23,084 nucleotides of DNA from Candidatus Micrarchaeota archaeon (GCA_040753215.1 JBFMEZ010000007.1:1-23084), one strand, 5' to 3'; counted from the first letter of the stretch, positions 8,972 to 17,853 are shown. A program made the numbers and translations. Notes: generated by a model not told the origin, from the letters alone.

Positions 8972-9223
8972 ATGATAAAGGAGATTATATCAATTATCCT
9001 GATGGCCCTTGTGGCCCTGGTGATGTTCCAGCATTTCGGGCCCTGGGGGCTCCTCCTGAATATTCTCGTGGCCCTCATCGCGCTCAAGCTCGTGGGCTGG
9101 CTCGGGATAAGGGTGGAAGTGAATTTCTGGAGCCTCGCGATAGTAATCCTGGGCGGGATTGTGGGCTTCCTCCTGGTGCTCTTCCTCAGCATCACGGGCG
9201 TCGCATTCTCCAAAAAACAGTAG
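8972..9223 (+). CDS. Small membrane protein, BofA (pro-sigmaK processing inhibitor)-like family
   Basis: Three hydrophobic segments with LLLN.LV...L....G..V.VN...L....LGG..G pattern. TTTAAATA at 8944-8951 supports the ATG at 8972. Confidence 0.65.
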   Translation: MIKEIISIILMALVALVMFQHFGPWGLLLNILVALIALKLVGWLGIRVEVNFWSLAIVILGGIVGFLLVLFLSITGVAFSKKQ

Positions 9224-9568
9224 CTAATCCACAACCAGCACCCCGGCCGCGGAAAGGGTGCGGTATTCGTACACTCCGGGGCTCAGGAACCTGTAGCTCC
9301 AGTTCATCCCGGGCCCCAGCTCCTGCGGGCCGAACGCCTCCGGGACCGAAAGCACCTGCGCGTCCGTGGCATTGTTCACCCAGGTTACGGTGGTGCCGGA
9401 ATTAACCACAGAAAAGGCGGGCACGAAGCCGAAATCCTTTATCTTAATAATATAGGCAACCTCCCCAGGGGCTTCTGCAAACATCGCCGGGTTCGCAATC
9501 CCCATGGCGAGAATGGCGACGAACCCGACAAGCAGCGAATACCAGAAAAGCCTCTCATTCCCTGCCAT
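9224..9568 (-). CDS. Membrane-anchored cupredoxin-fold (plastocyanin-like) protein lacking Cu ligands
   Basis: I.IKDFGF.P....V..GTTVTWVN, L.PG..WSY.F..PGVYEY, GVLVV. N-terminal TM helix. Confidence 0.7.
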   Translation of the reverse strand: MAGNERLFWYSLLVGFVAILAMGIANPAMFAEAPGEVAYIIKIKDFGFVPAFSVVNSGTTVTWVNNATDAQVLSVPEAFGPQELGPGMNWSYRFLSPGVYEYRTLSAAGVLVVD

Positions 9569-9603
9569 GGATAAAGTAGGAAAGAAAAGAAATAAAAATA
9601 GAC

Positions 9604-10713
9604 TCAAAGCCCCTTAAAGCGCCCCTCAAGCTTCTTGAGCACCTTCGGAAGGGTCGTGTATTCCATGTCCTCGGGGCTGAGCCGGTGCGGCTCGAAGGGC
9701 CCGTGCCTCCTCATGTAATCCGCAATCCTCAGCGCCCCCTGCCTCGCGCGGTCAAATGCAATGTCCGCGAATGCGTCCACCGGCCCCACAAGCTCCCCAT
9801 TATTAAGCTGGAACCCAAGCGCAACAACGCGCGGAGGCCCGTCGAACCTCGTGCACACGGCATCCTTCATCCCGACCGGCATTATCGGCCCGTTGTGGGA
9901 GCCCCTCATCCATCCGGAAACCAGGTGCGGGAATGCGAACGGCTCGACTATCTCGCCAACCGCCGGAAGCCCGCTCTGCGCCCGCACTATCGCAACCGGG
10001 TCGTCCTTGCCCACGTACTCCCCTGCAATCTGGTACAATTTCTCCGTGCTCACCACGGCCGCGGGCTCGGAGGAGGCGACCTTGTTCCCCTCTCCCGGGA
10101 AAACCCTCTTTATAACGTACCTGCTCTTGGCCCCTATGAGCGCAAGCAGGCTGTAGAGCTCCTCCGGAGTTTTCATCAAAACCTTCTTGTGCCCTAGCAC
10201 GTCATAAACCTCGAAGGAGAAGCCGCCCTGCATGTTCGGGTCTATCACAAGCCCCGCGGTGTTGAAGGGGTCCGCGAACATCCTGAAGACCGGGAAATTG
10301 AACGCCCCGGGCTCGGTCTTGTCCATGAGGAAGCACATCACCGGCTCCGCCTTCCTCTCCTCGAATTCCATCTCAGCGACCCCCGGCCCAAGCCCCTTCA
10401 CATTTCCGGAGAACGCATCCGAAAGCAGGTCCTGCCCCGCACCGTACAATTTGAGCGCCTTCGCCTTCTTCGTGGCTTCGGTGAAAACCTCCCAGGCGAG
10501 CCCGTGCACCTCCTTATTATCCGCCCCCTTATCGCTGGTAATTATGAGGTCCATGTCGTCCCCGCAATTTGCCACATAGTAGTCTATTATCCTCCCACTC
10601 TTTTTCGCCTTCCCCAGCATCTCCCGCGCTATCTCCATAAGTGCAGGGTGGCACACCTGGTGGCCGCAGTAGCTCCCCACATCCGCCTTGATTATGCTTA
10701 GCGTGACTTTCAT
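9604..10713 (-). CDS. fbp: Bifunctional fructose-1,6-bisphosphate aldolase/phosphatase (class V FBPase)
   Basis: IKADVGS..GH, GAGQDLL, DKTEPGAFN, YVGKDDP, GWMRGSH, FDGPPRV, RRHGPFEPHRL, MEYTTLP. GGAGGT SD. Confidence 0.97.
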   Translation of the reverse strand: MKVTLSIIKADVGSYCGHQVCHPALMEIAREMLGKAKKSGRIIDYYVANCGDDMDLIITSDKGADNKEVHGLAWEVFTEATKKAKALKLYGAGQDLLSDAFSGNVKGLGPGVAEMEFEERKAEPVMCFLMDKTEPGAFNFPVFRMFADPFNTAGLVIDPNMQGGFSFEVYDVLGHKKVLMKTPEELYSLLALIGAKSRYVIKRVFPGEGNKVASSEPAAVVSTEKLYQIAGEYVGKDDPVAIVRAQSGLPAVGEIVEPFAFPHLVSGWMRGSHNGPIMPVGMKDAVCTRFDGPPRVVALGFQLNNGELVGPVDAFADIAFDRARQGALRIADYMRRHGPFEPHRLSPEDMEYTTLPKVLKKLEGRFKGL

Positions 10714-10750
10714 GCGAACAAAACCTCCGTATATATAGCTCCGGTCCGCT

Positions 10751-13700
10751 TTATATTTCTCCCCTTGCCTCCTTGGGCTCCCCTTCCGCAGGGACGCTCA
10801 GCACCTGCTCGCCCCTGCTCTTGTCCCTGTACACCGTAATCCCCTTGCACCCGAGCTTCCATGCGAGCATGTACGCGTTCTCCACATCTTCCACGGACGA
10901 GGATGCCGGCATGTTTATGGTCTTGCTGACCGCGAGGTCGGTGTATTTCTGGAATGCCGCCTGCATCCTTATGTGGTCTTCGGGCGGTATGTCGTAGGCG
11001 ACAACGAATATGTCCTTTATGTCCTTGGGTATCTCCTCTATCTCCCTCAGGCTTCCCCTTGTTATTATCTTCTTCATTATCTCCGCGCTGTAAAGCCCGC
11101 GCACCTTGAGCACGTGCTCGAACACGTCATCCGAATAGAACAGCTTTGTGCCGTCCATCACGTTCTTTATGTACGCCAGCGCGAACGTCGGCTCGATCCC
11201 GCTGGAGGTCTCCGCGATCATGGAAATGGTCCCGGTTGGCGCTATTGATGTCACGGTCGCATTCCTCATCGCATCATATTCCTTCGCCCATGCGCTCTCC
11301 GCGAATCCCGGGAAGGAGCCCCTCAGCCTCCCAAGCTCCTGGCTCATCTTCCTCGCTTCGGACGTGATGAATTTCATGGCGGCCTCGCCCACCTCGAATC
11401 CCTGCGGGCTGTCGTATTTTATGCCCATCTTGAAGAGCATCCGTGCGAAGCCCATCACACCCAGCCCCACCCTCCTGTGCCTGAAGCTCATGTCCCTTAT
11501 CTGCGGCAGGGGGTAGTTGTTCAGCTCCACCACGTTGTCCAGGAACTGTATCCCGAGGCGCACCACATAGCGCAGCCTCTCCCAGTTCACCTTCTTCTTC
11601 CAGTCGCCCTTGCTCCAGTCCAGCTCCACGAACTTTGAGAGGTTTATGCTGCCGAGGTTGCAGGACTCGTAGTCCGGCATCGGAACTTCGCCGCAATTGT
11701 GCACAATAAGCCCGTTCGCGGAGAAGGAATGGGTTTCCGGTTCCGTAAGGTCGAATACCTCCTCCATGCCTGCAAATTCAACAGAGGCAACCGAAGTGTC
11801 TATATCATCTTCATATACGTTTTCCGGCTTCAGCGCATCAAACTTCTCATTCTTTGCCGAAACAGAGAAGCCGATTTTCTCCCTGAACCTGAACATGCTG
11901 GCCCTGCTGATGATAAGCTCGTGCTGCGCCCTGCAATTGTAGGTTTTCGGCTTCCGTTTCGAGTCCGGCAGGATTTTCGCATGCGCCTTCCTCCTGTTCT
12001 CGTGCACCGAAGAGACTATGCCGAACTGCAGCAGCAGCACCTGGACCTGCTTGAGCAGCTTCAGCGAGTTCGAGGCGAGCCTTATGCTCACCCCCTTCTC
12101 GCGGTTCCCCTGCGCGGAGCCGTCAGCCCCGAACAATGCGGACAGGAAGTGGCGCACGGACTCCTCGTCCATTGAGAAGACGGAGGAAGGCACCTCCTTC
12201 TCATGCGCCTCAATAACAAGTTTAGTTGCCATCTCCTTATCCACGTGCATTTTTCCGAATTTCCCGTTCTTCTGCAGCACCAGCCGGTCCTCTTTTGTGA
12301 GTTCCTTTACCGGTTTCCATCCGTTCTCCGTGAGCATCCTGTGGTCTGCGGTCGCCCTCACCTCGTATCCGGCGGCGGTCTTCACCGCATACACTTCCCT
12401 GTCTCCGGTTTTCCCGGCCCATTTCACCGGATGGTACTCACCGTCCGAGCCGATTATGTGGTGCGGATTATGCACCTTTGATATTTCGGTGAGCCCTTCG
12501 CTGGTTGCAACCATAGCGCCCTTCGCTATGCAGGGGTTCGTCGCAACAATCGTGTATTTCGGAGTCGGGTTCGTCTTGTTTATCGTATCCATGAAAAGGA
12601 CTCCGGGCTCGGCGGACTTCCACGCGCTGTACGCAATCAGCTTGAAAAGCCCCCTCGCGTTTATCCTCCTCGCCACCTCCTTGGTGCGCGGGTTCAAAAG
12701 CGGATACTCGTCGTCCTTCTCCACGGCCTTCATGAACGCGTCATCCACAGCGACGCTTATGTTGAAATTCTCCAGCACTCCCGGCGTCTGCTTCACCCCG
12801 ATGAAATCCTCGATATCGGGATGCCACACGTGAAGCACGCCCATGTTGGCTCCCCGGCGTTTGTTGTGCACCAGGATGCTGTTTGCAACAAACTGCCCCG
12901 CTTCCGGTATTTCCAATTCAGCCGTATACTCCTTTCCCATGGATATCTCGGAAACCGGGCTGTAGAAGTATTCTTCATCGCCAACCTTAAGCATCTGTTC
13001 ATTCCTAAGTTGCGGGAATGCTTCAATGAGTTCCCTGAGCTTCTTTCTGGCAAGGTTTCTTCTCGTATTTGCTCCCATTCCACCAAGGTGATGCATGAGT
13101 GCCCTGTAGAGCTTCCTGTCCGCGCCCCGTTTTCCCCTACCCTTTCCGCTCCCCCTCCCCGGTCCGGCGTACAATTTCCTGAGCAGATGCCCCTGGTTCG
13201 GGATTACGTCATAGGATTCGTATGCCTTTTTCCTTTGCCTGGGCGTTAATTTTTCCTGCTTTCTCGAAGATACGAATCCTACGTTTTCTGCGAATGCCCC
13301 CATGCTTTTTTCCTGGATTACCATCAGGTGGCAAATCGGGAGCTTTCCGTAGCTGTTTCTTCTTGTATAACGGTGAACCGAAGAAACAATCCCAAGCCCA
13401 AACAGCAGCTGCTGCACATCCCTGGCCAGGCTTTCTGAAACAGAATATAGCCTTGGATAGCCATCGCTGTGCACATCGCCGTCGCCTTCAAAAAGCCCTC
13501 TCAAAAATGCACACGCGCTTTCTTTCGAAGACTGGAATACCGAAGCAGGCACAAACGCATTTTTCGCCCCTTTCTTCTGCCAGCCCGCTTTTTCGAAAAA
13601 GCTGCACAAATCATGCGAGTAGAAAATCATGCATATGGATTTATCGTTCTCTTTTTTCTGAATCATGCCCAGCTCCAGGCCGAACTGGCTCTTCATCGCC

Positions 13701-16429
13701 GCTTTAATCCGCTCCTGCAATTCCCCGTCGTTTTCCTCCACAGCGAATATTATCCTGCCGCCTGTGCTGGTGCAGCCGTCAGCCATGTATATGCCCAGAA
13801 GCTCCGCCAGCTCCGGGTTCATCCTTTCCGGGATTTTCAGCCTGTTGGCGTTGAAATGCTGCTGCATGTGCATTTTTGGCAGTTGCACATCCTCGCCTTC
13901 GTGCCCTCCAAGGACATGTATTATCCAGTCCCCCTTTCTTATCTGCGAGGCTTCCTTCCATGCGAACTCGCCCTTTTCGTTTATTATCCCGATGCCGTGG
14001 TTGTATGTAGACCTTATTTCAGTCCCAATTTCTGTTTTGATTGCGTAGACCTCAGCCATTCCGTTATCGCTTGCGAGAAGCGCATTATGGAAGCTGCCAT
14101 TTGTATAGACCATGCAGTTGGCAGGGTTATCGCCGAACGGCGGGCAGTTGATTATTTTCCCGAGAGGGAGAATCCCCTTATCGGTCCGAATAAGGCTTTT
14201 TGTTGAGATGCAGCCGCCTTGCTTTATGACATTGGTCGCGTGGTCGAATACCGTCATGAAAGAAATCGGGCCCGAGGCGACGCCCGCGGTGGATTTGACG
14301 AAATCCCCCTTCGGCCTAAGGAAGGAGAAGCAGAATCCCGTATTATGGATTACGGCGAGGCCGCAGTCCCCTGCCACGTAATTGTTGTTTTTCTCAACCG
14401 TAAAATCATAGAACGGCTCCTTTGTCCTGATTTTCTCTATGCTCCTGACGCCGGCAATGCTCCCGATGATATTGGCATACTTCCTGAGAGCAGCCTTTGC
14501 CTTTCCATCCAGGCCGCTTTCCAGAAGGGCGGATACCAGTTCCTCAAATTTTTTCCTGTCTATATGTTTCCCTTCCCGCCATCTGTGCAGCCAGAATTTC
14601 TTTCCGCCAATTTTAACTGCACTTCTCCAGATTGCAGTAGAATGGGCATCCACTCCGGCCTTTTCGAGCATCTCCTCAAACTGCCTGAACGGGGTGTCCA
14701 GGCCTTTGGTTTTTGGCATCCTCGCGCCAGCCGCTCTCCCTAACCTCTCTTTTTTATCCCTGTTCCTGAGATGGCTGTGCAAAAGCCCGTGCAACTGGCT
14801 GACATCTTCGTAGCCATTTACCGAAACTTCGTACATTACGCTCCAGTGGCTCTTCTTGGGCTTCCTGGCCCTTATGCTTGCCTTTAAGCCGAGAAGATTC
14901 AGCACGCAGGATATTTCTTTTGCCAGCTCTGCGCTTGCGGTATTGAAATACGCCCTTGGCCTCCTCCTGTCGATGTAGCCATCGCTGTCAACAAGCCCTG
15001 CGAGAAATGAGCAGACTACGGGCAATGGCGATTTTATTACGCACTTGGGAAAAACCACTTTCATTGACTTCTCTCCCGCACCCACCGAGGCGAGCTTCAT
15101 CATCTTCTCGGCAACCTGCTGATTGGTAGTGCTTATGGCGTATGCTCCGTCTGCAGACCTTTTGTCCTTGTATAAGGAATGTATGCGTGTCCCAAATTTT
15201 TCATTGAGTATTCTCACTGCACATTTTATCGTAGCCAGGTCATTATCATGGAATCTCAGCCTTAATCCATTTATGCTGTTTCCCAGCGATCCGTCACCGA
15301 CAAAATATCCCAGCAGCCATGCAACCTCTTCATCTATTTTTATTCCATCTTCCCATCTGTAACCGTCAAAAGGCCACAGCGGAAGGGCGGTCTTGTTCGG
15401 AAGTACCAGCATGTCCCCAGGCTTCAGTTCCTCCGCCTTCCTTGTTTTTACCTGCCCTTCCTCGAAAACAAAAAACTCGTGCCAGGAACTCGTTGTGAGC
15501 GATATGCCATTGTTCGTTGTGATCCTGAATACATCTTTATCGCTCAAATCGAATTCCCAGATTTTTGTTATCCGGTCCCTTTCCATCCCGCCGGTTTCCG
15601 GGTTGAAAGAAAAGGTGCATATATTTTTGTCCCGCACATCTACGAACCTTCCATTCCCTTCTTCCACAACCTTTCCGTCTTTTGAAAACTCTTCGAACAA
15701 TGTTTCTATTTTTTCCAGGCCGCAGTGGGTTGTAAAAACCCTGGAGCCCTTTATTATGCACCCGCCCCCGCTCTGGTGGATGAGCGCGGAGTGCTTTATC
15801 GCGTCGAAAATCCCGTCCAGCGAGTCCTGCACCCCAAGGATGAAGCACGCTGAGAGCTGACCGATATTCGTCCCGGCGTTCATCAGGGTGGGCGAGTTGG
15901 GAAGGAACTCGAAGCTGGTCATTATCTCGTAGAATGCGTTCTCGTAGTATTTCACCGTCTCGTCGTCGCTTCCGAACCTCGCCTCGGCCGAGGCGATGTG
16001 CCTTGCAACCCTCCTGAACAATTGCGATGGCGTCTCCTTCACGTTCCCCAGCTCGTCCCGGAGGAGGTATCTCCTCTGCAGCACCTGCACCGAGTTCATT
16101 GAGAGCTTCAAATCGTCCTGCACGCCCAGTATTTTCTTCATCTCGCGCTGCAGCGTCTTCTTGTGCCTGTAGAGGATGTACGCCTTTGCGGTCGCCGCGT
16201 GGCCCTCTTCTATCAGCACCTTCTCCACGGCATCCTGTATGTCCTCAACCGAAGGGATCTTGCCGTCAAACCTCTTCTCGATGTCCTTCACGACCTTCTT
16301 CGCAATCGCCGCCGCCTTCTCCCTGTCCTTCCCGCCTATGGAGACCGCCGCCTTCCATATCGCCTCCTCGATCTTGTGAGGGTCAAAAGGGACCACGGAA
16401 CCGTCTCTCTTCCGGACTTTCTCGACCAT
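10751..16429 (-). CDS. nrdJ: Class II (adenosylcobalamin-dependent) ribonucleoside-diphosphate reductase with ATP cone and three inteins (1892 aa precursor, about 690 aa spliced)
   Basis: VRKRDG ATP cone, PNSPTLMNAG, QLSACF, QGG.RRGANM, NP|CGE, ESCNLGSINL, TSIAPTGTIS, SSGIEP, SKTINM, KGITVYRD.SR..QVL. Start at MVEKVRK (16429). Confidence 0.95.
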   Translation of the reverse strand: MVEKVRKRDGSVVPFDPHKIEEAIWKAAVSIGGKDREKAAAIAKKVVKDIEKRFDGKIPSVEDIQDAVEKVLIEEGHAATAKAYILYRHKKTLQREMKKILGVQDDLKLSMNSVQVLQRRYLLRDELGNVKETPSQLFRRVARHIASAEARFGSDDETVKYYENAFYEIMTSFEFLPNSPTLMNAGTNIGQLSACFILGVQDSLDGIFDAIKHSALIHQSGGGCIIKGSRVFTTHCGLEKIETLFEEFSKDGKVVEEGNGRFVDVRDKNICTFSFNPETGGMERDRITKIWEFDLSDKDVFRITTNNGISLTTSSWHEFFVFEEGQVKTRKAEELKPGDMLVLPNKTALPLWPFDGYRWEDGIKIDEEVAWLLGYFVGDGSLGNSINGLRLRFHDNDLATIKCAVRILNEKFGTRIHSLYKDKRSADGAYAISTTNQQVAEKMMKLASVGAGEKSMKVVFPKCVIKSPLPVVCSFLAGLVDSDGYIDRRRPRAYFNTASAELAKEISCVLNLLGLKASIRARKPKKSHWSVMYEVSVNGYEDVSQLHGLLHSHLRNRDKKERLGRAAGARMPKTKGLDTPFRQFEEMLEKAGVDAHSTAIWRSAVKIGGKKFWLHRWREGKHIDRKKFEELVSALLESGLDGKAKAALRKYANIIGSIAGVRSIEKIRTKEPFYDFTVEKNNNYVAGDCGLAVIHNTGFCFSFLRPKGDFVKSTAGVASGPISFMTVFDHATNVIKQGGCISTKSLIRTDKGILPLGKIINCPPFGDNPANCMVYTNGSFHNALLASDNGMAEVYAIKTEIGTEIRSTYNHGIGIINEKGEFAWKEASQIRKGDWIIHVLGGHEGEDVQLPKMHMQQHFNANRLKIPERMNPELAELLGIYMADGCTSTGGRIIFAVEENDGELQERIKAAMKSQFGLELGMIQKKENDKSICMIFYSHDLCSFFEKAGWQKKGAKNAFVPASVFQSSKESACAFLRGLFEGDGDVHSDGYPRLYSVSESLARDVQQLLFGLGIVSSVHRYTRRNSYGKLPICHLMVIQEKSMGAFAENVGFVSSRKQEKLTPRQRKKAYESYDVIPNQGHLLRKLYAGPGRGSGKGRGKRGADRKLYRALMHHLGGMGANTRRNLARKKLRELIEAFPQLRNEQMLKVGDEEYFYSPVSEISMGKEYTAELEIPEAGQFVANSILVHNKRRGANMGVLHVWHPDIEDFIGVKQTPGVLENFNISVAVDDAFMKAVEKDDEYPLLNPRTKEVARRINARGLFKLIAYSAWKSAEPGVLFMDTINKTNPTPKYTIVATNPCIAKGAMVATSEGLTEISKVHNPHHIIGSDGEYHPVKWAGKTGDREVYAVKTAAGYEVRATADHRMLTENGWKPVKELTKEDRLVLQKNGKFGKMHVDKEMATKLVIEAHEKEVPSSVFSMDEESVRHFLSALFGADGSAQGNREKGVSIRLASNSLKLLKQVQVLLLQFGIVSSVHENRRKAHAKILPDSKRKPKTYNCRAQHELIISRASMFRFREKIGFSVSAKNEKFDALKPENVYEDDIDTSVASVEFAGMEEVFDLTEPETHSFSANGLIVHNCGEVPMPDYESCNLGSINLSKFVELDWSKGDWKKKVNWERLRYVVRLGIQFLDNVVELNNYPLPQIRDMSFRHRRVGLGVMGFARMLFKMGIKYDSPQGFEVGEAAMKFITSEARKMSQELGRLRGSFPGFAESAWAKEYDAMRNATVTSIAPTGTISMIAETSSGIEPTFALAYIKNVMDGTKLFYSDDVFEHVLKVRGLYSAEIMKKIITRGSLREIEEIPKDIKDIFVVAYDIPPEDHIRMQAAFQKYTDLAVSKTINMPASSSVEDVENAYMLAWKLGCKGITVYRDKSRGEQVLSVPAEGEPKEARGEI
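11696..12532 (-). mobile_element. Intein 3 of nrdJ (279 aa) at the catalytic NP|CGE site, with partially deleted endonuclease
   Basis: Begins CIAKGA, block B TADH, only one LAGLIDADG-like helix (FLSALFGADGS), ends VFDLTEPETHSFSANGLIVHN|C. Confidence 0.92.
12863..14212 (-). mobile_element. Intein 2 of nrdJ (450 aa) with LAGLIDADG endonuclease, QGG|KRRGAN site; +1 residue is Lys
   Basis: Begins CISTKS, block B TYNH, LLGIYMADGC and FLRGLFEGDGD, ends SILVHN followed by AAA (Lys) at 12860-12862. Confidence 0.9.
14342..15760 (-). mobile_element. Intein 1 of nrdJ (473 aa) with LAGLIDADG homing endonuclease, GGG|T site, PI-PfuI-like
   Basis: Begins CIIKGS, block B TSSWH, LLGYFVGDGS and FLAGLVDSDGY, ends FYDFTV...VIHN|T. 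Confidence 0.93.
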
Positions 16430-16637
16430 ATGAACACCCACCCAAAATGCAAAAGCGTTTTTCTTTAAACAAAAACACTTATAAATCAAATTAGCCTCTC
16501 TCGTGCTTTTTTCCGTTTTCCGGACGCGCACGCACGCCCCCTTTTAATCCCTTTTGCGGAAATATCCGCCATTCGGGTGCACCCGCGTACCACGCTCGGC
16601 GTTATCGGGCATGCAGGCACCCGCATGGTGAAGGAGC

Positions 16638-16820
16638 ATGAGGCCTGTGAAAAGATACGAAGCGTACTGCCCTGATTGCGGGCATTCGGTTTTCGCAGGA
16701 AGGAACAGGAACCCTCTGCGCAATTTTCCCACGCTCCGCAACCAATACGAGATGGTCGGCGGAAAGCTCATCTGCCCTAATTGCTCCGGGATAAATCCGA
16801 TGAAGGTAAGAAGGGCGTGA
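16638..16820 (+). CDS. Small CPxCG-type zinc-finger protein (60 aa)
   Basis: CPDCG and CPNCS pairs. GGTGAAGGAG precedes the ATG. Divergent from nrdJ. Confidence 0.6.
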   Translation: MRPVKRYEAYCPDCGHSVFAGRNRNPLRNFPTLRNQYEMVGGKLICPNCSGINPMKVRRA

Positions 16821-16853
16821 GAGTTTTCACTTCCCCGTTTCGGGTTTCCAGTT
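16819..16853. repeat. Degenerate heptamer tandem array (5 units, TCCGGTT-like)
   Basis: gagagtt ttcactt ccccgtt tcgggtt tccagtt. Confidence 0.5.
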
Positions 16854-16860
16854 TTGTATG

Positions 16861-17745
16861 CTACTGCGCAACGAACGCTCCTACAACCCTCAATTTCTGG
16901 TTGCTGGGGTCCAGGACAAGAATCCTGTCACGGCTTCTGAAAGAAAGCGGGGTGTCGCATTTCAGTTCAGTCTCCGAAACCCTGCATTCCAAAAACTGGA
17001 AATTCAGGCACGCGTGCACCTTCCGGTTCAAATCATCCTTGAAGAACGGGCTCTTCTCGAACCTCCCGAGCACGGAATTATCCAGTTTGTTCTCCGCGCG
17101 GAAGCTCAGGAGCTGCCCGCGCTCAATCTCGTCCCCCTTGTAGGAAATCCCAAACCGCGAGCCATCCCCGCACTCCTCCACATCCTTGTCATTGAGCTGT
17201 ATGCTCTTGACTTCCACGTTCTTCTTACCTGGAAAGAACAGCAGTTTATCGTGCTTCTTCATCTTCCCTTCCTTCACCAGCCCAAGCGCAACGCTCCCCA
17301 CGCTCTTCACGGAGAATGCCTTGTCCACAAGCGCGAAGAGTTCGCTGCCTCCGCTTTCCTCCGGCTCCGCGTTCAGGATTTTTTCCCGCGCTTCTTCAAA
17401 AGATGAAAATTTCTCATACTTCTCCAGCACCGTTCCCTTTACGGGCAGCGGAACCGGGCTTATCAGAATCCCCTTTTCCTTTTTCGCTGCATCCAGCGCC
17501 ACAATCATCTCGCCAACGAACTGGTTCAGCGCATCCACCGCAACCACCACAAGGTCCGCCGCATAAATAGAATATATGAGGGGCTGCACCTTCTGCGGGT
17601 ATAGAGTGGGCTCTATAATGGTCTTTATCTTTCCTCCGTAATTTATGGAATAGAAGCTTATGTCATCTGCTCCCGTTTCCTTGCCCAGCGCCCTGCAGAT
17701 TTCCTTCCTCTTCTCCGCATTGTCTGCTAATACCGCGATGAACAA
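16861..17745 (-). CDS. Archaeal SelB-like translation factor homolog (aSelBL) with degenerate G domain and EF-Tu domain II
   Basis: LGKETGADDISFY, EPTLYPQKVQPL, GEMIVALD, VDKAFSVKSVGSVALGLVKEG, EVKSIQLND. GGAGGTGA SD before the TTG at 17745. Confidence 0.8.
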   Translation of the reverse strand: MFIAVLADNAEKRKEICRALGKETGADDISFYSINYGGKIKTIIEPTLYPQKVQPLIYSIYAADLVVVAVDALNQFVGEMIVALDAAKKEKGILISPVPLPVKGTVLEKYEKFSSFEEAREKILNAEPEESGGSELFALVDKAFSVKSVGSVALGLVKEGKMKKHDKLLFFPGKKNVEVKSIQLNDKDVEECGDGSRFGISYKGDEIERGQLLSFRAENKLDNSVLGRFEKSPFFKDDLNRKVHACLNFQFLECRVSETELKCDTPLSFRSRDRILVLDPSNQKLRVVGAFVAQ

Positions 17746-17853
17746 ATGCTCACCTCCTCCCTCTCCTTTTTTCTCGCTCCAGCTCGGCACAACTTCGCTT
17801 CCGCTCTGTTTTCTGCGAGGCAAAAAGGAGACCAAAAACCTCCGACATACTCC

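Noticed and set aside
16430..16531. N-terminal extension of nrdJ in the ORF track
   Set aside because: The ATP cone starts at MVEKVRKRDG. The extension covers the AT-rich promoter region (TTTATAA) and an SD-like GGGTG.
17762..17831. SECIS element / selenocysteine system next to the SelB-like gene
   Set aside because: The hairpin does not clearly match archaeal SECIS. No tRNA-Sec, SelD or in-frame UGA selenoprotein was seen, and the protein lacks a P-loop.
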